Shown: positions 16,524 to 21,846 of the stretch, piece after piece | How positions within the stretch are numbered: position 1 is the stretch's first letter | Layout: each line of letters starts with the position of its first letter | Virus record (IMG/VR): IMGVR_UViG_2778261514_000003 | DNA: 21,846 bases | Origin: a virus | Lineage: Duplodnaviria; Heunggongvirae; Uroviricota; Caudoviricetes | Reading direction: 5' to 3' (one strand) | Program-made: the position numbers and the translations under genes | The notes under the pieces: generated by a model | What the model was told of the DNA's origin: nothing | The model's input: the letters and a program-made list of their open reading frames with translations, nothing else | Database searches by the model: none

Positions 16524-17221
16524 TGCAGGATATTCACGAAGAAAGTCTGAACGAGTCGGTTAAATCAGAGCAGTCACCGCGGGTGGTGCTCTGGGAAATC
16601 GACCTGACGGTGCAGGGCGGTGAGCGGTATTTTTTCTGCAATGAGCTGAATGAAAAAGGGGAGCCGGTGACCTGGCAGGGGCGGAAGTATGAGGCGTACC
16701 CGATTGAGGGCAGCGGCTTTGAGATGAACGGAAAGGGCAGCAGTGCCCGCCCGTCGCTGACGGTGTCCAATCTGTTCGGCCTTGTCACCGGGATGGCGGA
16801 GGATTTGCAGAGCCTGGTGGGTGCCACGGTGGTCCGCCGCCGGGTGTATGCGCGTTTTCTGGATGCGGTGAACTTTGTGGCAGGCAATCCTGAGGCAGAC
16901 CCGGAGCAGGAGCTGACGGACCGGTGGGTGGTGGAGCAGATGTCAGCGCTGACGGCCATGACGGCTTCGTTTGTGCTGGCGACACCGACGGAGACGGACG
17001 GTGCGCTGTTTCCCGGTCGCATCATGCTGGCGAACACCTGTATGTGGGATTACCGGGGCGATGAATGCGGGTATAACGGTCCGGCAGTGGCGGATGAGTT
17101 CGATAAACCCACCACGGATATCCGTAAGGACAGATGCAGCAAGTGCATGCGCGGGTGTGAACTGCGCAGGAATGTCGGCAATTTTGGCGGTTTCCTTTCC
17201 ATTAATAAACTTTCGCAGTAA
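16523..17221 (+). CDS. L: Minor tail protein L (Cys cluster, probable Fe-S binding)
   Basis: 232 aa. Similarity to lambda gpL including the C-terminal Cys-rich region (CMWDYRGDECGYNGP...CSKC.RGCELRRNVGNFGGFLSINKLSQ). Confidence 0.92.
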   Translation: MQDIHEESLNESVKSEQSPRVVLWEIDLTVQGGERYFFCNELNEKGEPVTWQGRKYEAYPIEGSGFEMNGKGSSARPSLTVSNLFGLVTGMAEDLQSLVGATVVRRRVYARFLDAVNFVAGNPEADPEQELTDRWVVEQMSALTAMTASFVLATPTETDGALFPGRIMLANTCMWDYRGDECGYNGPAVADEFDKPTTDIRKDRCSKCMRGCELRRNVGNFGGFLSINKLSQ

Positions 17222-17231
17222 ATCCCGGTTT

Positions 17232-17975
17232 ATGACACAGACTGAATCAGCGATTCTGGCACATGCCCGGCGGTGTGCGCCTGCGGAGTCGTGCGGCTTC
17301 GTGATAAGCACGCCGGAGGGGGAGCGGTATATCCCTTGTGTGAATATTTCCGCAGAGCCGGAGGCGTATTTTCGTATCGCACCGGAAGACTGGCTGCGGG
17401 CAGAGATGCAGGGTGAGATTGTGGCGCTGGTCCACAGTCATCCCGGTGGTCTGCCCTGGCTGAGTGAGGCAGACCGGCGACTGCAGATAAAAAGTGCCCT
17501 GCCCTGGTGGCTGGTCTGCCGGGGTGACATTCACAAATTCCGCTGCGTTCCGCACCTGACCGGACGGCGCTTTGCGCACGGGGTGACGGACTGTTACACG
17601 CTGTTCCGGGATGCATACCATCTGGCGGGGACTGAAATGCCGGATTTTCACCGCGAGGATGAGTGGTGGCGCAACGGCCAGAACCTGTACCTGGACAATA
17701 TGGAGGCCACGGGCTTTTACCGGGTGCCCCTGTCCTCTGCACAGGCGGGCGATATTCTGCTGTGCTGCTTTGGCGCATCGGTGGCCAACCATGCCGCCAT
17801 TTACTGCGGCAACGGTGAACTGCTTCACCATCTGCCTGAACAACTGAGTAAACGGGAGAGGTATTCCGAAAAATGGCAACGACGAACGCATTCAGTCTGG
17901 CGTCACCGCCACTGGCACGCATCTGCCTTCACGGGGATTTACAACGATTTGGCCGCCGCCTCAGCCTGTATGTGA
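17232..17975 (+). CDS. K: Tail tip assembly protein K (JAB/MPN metalloprotease-like motif plus NlpC/P60-like region)
   Basis: Start at ATG 17232 (MTQTESAILAHARRCAPAESCGFV), matching the lambda gpK N-terminus; the ORF-track upstream extension is rejected. Contains an HSHPGG...SEAD JAMM-like motif. Confidence 0.9.
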   Translation: MTQTESAILAHARRCAPAESCGFVISTPEGERYIPCVNISAEPEAYFRIAPEDWLRAEMQGEIVALVHSHPGGLPWLSEADRRLQIKSALPWWLVCRGDIHKFRCVPHLTGRRFAHGVTDCYTLFRDAYHLAGTEMPDFHREDEWWRNGQNLYLDNMEATGFYRVPLSSAQAGDILLCCFGASVANHAAIYCGNGELLHHLPEQLSKRERYSEKWQRRTHSVWRHRHWHASAFTGIYNDLAAASACM

Positions 17976-18553
17976 ACACGGCAGCGGAAGCCATCCGCGC
18001 ACTGTCGATGCAGGTGCCGGGCTTTCGCCGTCAGATGAACGAAGGCTGGTACCAGATACGTATTGCCGGTGAGGACACGGCACCGGAGGCGGTGTATGCC
18101 CGCCTTCACGAACAGCTGGGTGAGGGAACGGTCATCCACATTGTGCCGCGACTGGCCGGTGCCGGAAAGGGCGGACTGCAGATTGTGCTGGGGGCGGCGG
18201 CCATCGTGGGGTCGTTCTTCACGGCCGGAGCCACGATGGCGTTATGGGGTTCAGCCCTGGCAGCCGGTGGTTTTTCTGCCACCACGATGCTGTTTTCACT
18301 GGGTGCCAGCATGATTCTGGGCGGTGTGGCCCAGATGCTGGCCCCGAAGGCAAAAACACCGGATTACCGCGCAACGGATAACGGCAGACAGAACACGTAC
18401 TTTTCCTCGCTGGATAACATGATTGCCCAGGGGAACCCGATGCCGGTGCCTTACGGTGAAATGCTGGTTGGTTCACGACGGATATCCCAGGACATCAGCA
18501 CCCGTGATGAAGGCGGTGACGGGAAAGTGGTGGTTATCGGACGGCAGGGGTAA
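17873..18553 (+). CDS. I: Tail assembly protein I
   Basis: 226 aa. Start overlaps the 3' end of K as in lambda. Similarity to lambda gpI (ARICL.GDLQRFGRR...GWYQ.RIAG...IVLGAAAI.GSFFTAGAT...LFSLGASM.LGGVAQMLAPKA.TP...TDNG.QNTYFSSLDNM.AQGN). Confidence 0.92.
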   Translation: MATTNAFSLASPPLARICLHGDLQRFGRRLSLYVNTAAEAIRALSMQVPGFRRQMNEGWYQIRIAGEDTAPEAVYARLHEQLGEGTVIHIVPRLAGAGKGGLQIVLGAAAIVGSFFTAGATMALWGSALAAGGFSATTMLFSLGASMILGGVAQMLAPKAKTPDYRATDNGRQNTYFSSLDNMIAQGNPMPVPYGEMLVGSRRISQDISTRDEGGDGKVVVIGRQG

Positions 18554-18594
18554 AAAGAATAAAAAAATCCCGCAGTGATCGCGGAGCTGCGGGA
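18551..18594 (-). terminator. Rho-independent terminator-like hairpin oriented on the minus strand, immediately after the I stop
   Basis: 8-bp stem TCCCGCAG / CTGCGGGA (18568-18575 / 18587-18594). On the minus strand it is followed by a T-rich run (reverse complement of AAAAAGAATAAAAAAA, 18552-18567); on the plus strand it is not followed by Ts. Confidence 0.45.
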
Positions 18595-18605
18595 GATTCA
18601 GACAA

Positions 18606-18731
18606 ATGAAGATTAGTGTTAAGGAGTTGTTTTTTATGTCACGGCAAAAAAACACTAACGCAGCGAAATTATCAGCGCCACAGTCAGTTTGTGAAAATGT
18701 GAAGATATTCAGAATTTTTATTCCGTCATGA
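18606..18731 (+). CDS. Very small hypothetical ORF, 31-41 aa (…MSRQKNTNAAKLSAPQSVCENVKIFRIFIPS); coding status uncertain
   Basis: In-frame ATGs at 18606 and 18636; the latter is preceded by AAGGAG at 18621-18626. Followed directly by a + strand terminator. AT-rich insert with no counterpart in the short lambda I-J spacer. Confidence 0.2.
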   Translation: MKISVKELFFMSRQKNTNAAKLSAPQSVCENVKIFRIFIPS

Positions 18732-18733
18732 TG

Positions 18734-18765
18734 CAGGCACTCTCCGGGGTGCCTGTTGTTTTTAT
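18734..18765 (+). terminator. Rho-independent terminator-like hairpin on the + strand just upstream of J
   Basis: 7-bp stem CAGGCAC / GTGCCTG (18734-18740 / 18749-18755), 8-nt loop, followed by TTGTTTTTAT. Confidence 0.5.
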
Positions 18766-18806
18766 ACATCAACAGTGTCCGGCAGCGGACGATGAAGGGG
18801 GATTCC

Positions 18807-21800
18807 GTGGGCAAAGGCGGCGGCAAGGCGCACACACCGCGTGAGGCGAAGGATAATCTCAAATCCACGCAGATGATGAGCGTGATTGATGCCATCGGTG
18901 AGGGACCGGTGGAAGGCCCGGTGAAGGGACTGCAGAGTATTCTGGTGAACAAAACCCCGCTTACGGACACGGACGGTAATCCCGTGATACACGGTGTGAC
19001 CGCCGTCTGGCGTGCCGGGGAGCAGGAGCAGACACCGCCGGAAGGCTTTGAGTCCTCCGGGGCGGAAACCGCACTGGGCGTGGAGGTGACGAAGGCAAAG
19101 CCGGTGACGCGCACCATCACGTCAGCGAACATTGACCGTCTGCGGGTGACCTTCGGGGTGCAGTCACTGGTGGAGACCACCTCAAAGGGTGACCGTAACC
19201 CGACGTCTGTCCGCCTGCTGATTCAGCTTGAGCGTGGTGGTAAATGGATGACGGAAAAGGATGTCACCATTAACGGCAAGACCACCTCGCAGTTCCTGGC
19301 GTCGGTGATTCTGGATAATCTGCCGCCCCGGCCCTTTAACATCCGGATGGTCAGGGAGACGGCGGACAGCACCACGGACCAGCTGCAGAATAAGACGCTC
19401 TGGTCGTCATACACCGAAATCATCGATGTGAAACAGTGCTACCCGAACACGGCGATTGTGGGGCTGCAGGTGGATGCGGAGCAGTTCGGTGGCCAGCAGC
19501 TGACGGTGAACTACCATATCCGTGGTCGCATCATCCAGGTGCCGTCAAACTATGACCCGGAAAAACGCACCTACAGCGGTATCTGGGACGGGAGTCTGAA
19601 ACCGGCATACAGCAATAACCCGGCCTGGTGCCTGTGGGACATGCTGACCCACCCGCGCTACGGGATGGGAAAACGCCTGGGGGCCGCGGATGTGGACAAG
19701 TGGGCACTGTATGCCATCGGGCAGTACTGCGACCAGACGGTCCCGGATGGTTTCGGAGGCACAGAGCCGCGGATGACCTTCAATGCGTACCTGGCACAAC
19801 AGCGTAAGGCATGGGACGTGCTCAGTGATTTCTGCTCGGCGATGCGCTGTATGCCGGTATGGAACGGCCAGACGCTGACGTTCGTTCAGGACCGCCCGTC
19901 GGATGTGGTGTGGCCGTACACCAACAGCGATGTGGTGGTGGATGATAACGGCGTGGGGTTCCGCTACAGCTTCAGTGCCCTGAAGGACCGGCACACGGCG
20001 GTGGAGGTGAATTACACCGACCCGCAGAACGGCTGGCAGACCTCCACGGAACTGGTGGAAGACCCGGAAGCCATACTGCGCTACGGACGCAACCTGCTGA
20101 AGATGGACGCGTTCGGCTGTACCAGCCGCGGTCAGGCCCACCGTGCCGGGCTGTGGGTGATAAAGACCGAACTGCTGGAAACGCAGACGGTGGATTTCAC
20201 GCTCGGGTCACAGGGGCTGCGGCACACACCCGGTGACATCATTGAAATCTGTGATAACGACTATGCCGGGACCCTGACCGGCGGACGTATCCTGTCCATC
20301 GATGCCGCCAGCCGTACCCTGACGCTGGACCGTGAGGTGACACTGCCTGAGACAGGGACATCGACGGTGAACCTGATTAACGGCAGCGGTAAGCCGGTGC
20401 GCGTGGACATCACTGCACAACCGGCCCCTGACCGGATACAGGTCAGCGTCCTGCCGGATGGCGTGGAGGCATACGGGGTATGGGGACTCTCCCTGCCGTC
20501 ACTGCGTCGTCGCCTGTTCCGCTGTGTTTCCATCCGGGAAAACACGGACGGCACTTTTGCCATCACGGCAGTGCAGCACGTACCGGAAAAAGAGGCCATC
20601 GTGGATAACGGGGCCCGCTTTGAGCCGCAGTCAGGCACCCTGAACAGCGTCATTCCTCCGGCAGTGCAGCACCTCACGGTGGAGGTGAGCGCGGCTGACA
20701 GTCAGTATCTGGCGCTGGCGAAATGGGACACGCCGAGGGTGGTGAAGGGCGTGCGCTTCAGTCTGCGCCTGACCAGTGGAAGCGGTGAGAACAGCCGCCT
20801 GCTGACCACCGCCATCACTGCCGATACGGAGCACCGTTTCAGTGGCCTGCCTCTCGGGGAATACACCCTGACGGTCAGGGCGATTAACAGCTATGGTCAG
20901 CAGGGCGAACCCGCCACCACCACGTTCCGGATTAACGCACCGGCAGCGCCTGCCGGTGTTGAACTGACGCCGGGGTATTTTCAGATAACGGCGGTACCGC
21001 GTCTTGCGGTGTATGACCCGACGGTGCAGTTTGAGTTCTGGTTTTCGGAGGCAAAAATTGCAGACGCCGCACAGGTGGAAACCTCTGCCCGTTATCTGGG
21101 GACCGGCAGTCAGTGGAGTGTCTCCGGTCCGCACATTAAGCCCGGAAAGGATTTCTGGTTTTATGTACGCAGCGTTAACCTGGTGGGGAAATCTGCTTTT
21201 GTTGAAGCCAGTGGACGGGCCAGCAATGATGCAGAAGGGTATCTGGGGCTGTTTCGGGAAAAAATAGGAAAACTGCATCTGGCTCAGGGGCTGTGGGAGC
21301 TGATAGACAACAGCCAGCTTGCGGATGAGATGGCGGAGATGAAGACCACCATCACCGAAACCCGCAATGAAATCACACAGACGGTCAGTAAAACGCTGGA
21401 GGACCAGAGCGCCACCATACAGCAGATACAGCGCGTGCAGAAGGACACAAATGATGACCTTGCTGCACTTTACATGCTGAAGGTACAGAAAACAAAAAAT
21501 GGCATACCCTATGTTGCCGGTATTGGAGCGGGGATTGAGGATACTGATGGCCAGCCCCTGAGCAACATACTGCTGCTGGCTGACCGTATTGCGATGATTA
21601 ACCCGGAGGACGGCAACACCACGCCGTTATTTGTGGCGCAGGGGAATCAGTTGTTCATGAACGATGTGTTCCTGAAGCGGCTGTTTGCGGTGAGTATCAC
21701 CTCGTCCGGCAATCCCCCGACGTTTTCCCTGACGCCGGAGGGCAGGCTGACCGCAAGAAATGCTGATATCAGCGGTAACGTGAATGCGAATTCCGGGACG

Positions 21801-21846
21801 CTCAACAACGTCACGATTAACGAGAACTGTCGGGTTCTGGGAAAAC
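18807..21846 (+). CDS. J: Tail tip / host-specificity protein J (central tail fibre), 3' end truncated by the window
   Basis: Absent from the supplied ORF track because it has no stop inside the window; found by translating the + strand from GTG 18807 (alternative in-frame ATG at 18792). [34 protein letters not shown]... matches the lambda gpJ N-terminus, and the frame stays open and lambda-J-like to the window end (...[24 protein letters not shown]). Confidence 0.9.
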   Translation, partial: MGKGGGKAHTPREAKDNLKSTQMMSVIDAIGEGPVEGPVKGLQSILVNKTPLTDTDGNPVIHGVTAVWRAGEQEQTPPEGFESSGAETALGVEVTKAKPVTRTITSANIDRLRVTFGVQSLVETTSKGDRNPTSVRLLIQLERGGKWMTEKDVTINGKTTSQFLASVILDNLPPRPFNIRMVRETADSTTDQLQNKTLWSSYTEIIDVKQCYPNTAIVGLQVDAEQFGGQQLTVNYHIRGRIIQVPSNYDPEKRTYSGIWDGSLKPAYSNNPAWCLWDMLTHPRYGMGKRLGAADVDKWALYAIGQYCDQTVPDGFGGTEPRMTFNAYLAQQRKAWDVLSDFCSAMRCMPVWNGQTLTFVQDRPSDVVWPYTNSDVVVDDNGVGFRYSFSALKDRHTAVEVNYTDPQNGWQTSTELVEDPEAILRYGRNLLKMDAFGCTSRGQAHRAGLWVIKTELLETQTVDFTLGSQGLRHTPGDIIEICDNDYAGTLTGGRILSIDAASRTLTLDREVTLPETGTSTVNLINGSGKPVRVDITAQPAPDRIQVSVLPDGVEAYGVWGLSLPSLRRRLFRCVSIRENTDGTFAITAVQHVPEKEAIVDNGARFEPQSGTLNSVIPPAVQHLTVEVSAADSQYLALAKWDTPRVVKGVRFSLRLTSGSGENSRLLTTAITADTEHRFSGLPLGEYTLTVRAINSYGQQGEPATTTFRINAPAAPAGVELTPGYFQITAVPRLAVYDPTVQFEFWFSEAKIADAAQVETSARYLGTGSQWSVSGPHIKPGKDFWFYVRSVNLVGKSAFVEASGRASNDAEGYLGLFREKIGKLHLAQGLWELIDNSQLADEMAEMKTTITETRNEITQTVSKTLEDQSATIQQIQRVQKDTNDDLAALYMLKVQKTKNGIPYVAGIGAGIEDTDGQPLSNILLLADRIAMINPEDGNTTPLFVAQGNQLFMNDVFLKRLFAVSITSSGNPPTFSLTPEGRLTARNADISGNVNANSGTLNNVTINENCRVLGK

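Noticed and set aside
16971-17231. N-terminal extension of the K ORF (start at 16971) and the 10238 start for FI, 1546 start for the 60-aa ORF
   Set aside because: Homology and ribosome-binding-site positions support the internal starts (17232, 10286, 1579); the extensions would overlap upstream genes or terminator sequence.
18473-21278. Series of minus-strand ORFs (18473-19180, 19545-20141, 20261-20677, 20631-21278) in the last 3 kb
   Set aside because: They are antisense to the J gene, which is missing from the ORF track only because it lacks a stop inside the window; translating the + strand gives a continuous lambda-J-like protein.
1-21846. Search for tRNA, CRISPR repeats, integrase/att sites, IS elements, reverse transcriptase (retron/DGR)
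   Set aside because: No regularly spaced direct repeats, no tRNA-like sequence, and no ORF with recombinase, transposase or reverse-transcriptase hallmarks were seen; the window lies entirely within the late/morphogenesis region of the phage genome.

Overview
This window is a lambda-like (lambdoid siphovirus) phage or prophage segment, colinear with the phage lambda late region and left arm, all on the + strand. It runs from the lysis genes (SAR-type endolysin, Rz/Rz1 spanins) through a lambda-type cos site into the complete packaging, head and tail modules: Nu1, A, W, B, C/Nu3, D, E, FI, FII, Z, U, V, G/G-T, H, M, L, K, I and a 3'-truncated J. Gene calls rest on my own recall-based comparison of the translated ORFs with lambda proteins, not on a database search. 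No tRNA, rRNA, CRISPR array, integrase or IS element was seen. The unexplained material is concentrated in small AT-rich insertions (morons) embedded in this conserved backbone: a convergent, 3'-overlapping gene pair upstream of the endolysin; two tiny membrane-protein ORFs between endolysin and Rz; a 74-aa Cys-containing ORF between Rz and cos; and a small terminator-flanked unit between I and J. Other notable points are a chimeric Nu1 with non-lambda cosB repeats and a triplicated repeat in the C/Nu3 scaffold region. No holin is identifiable inside the window.
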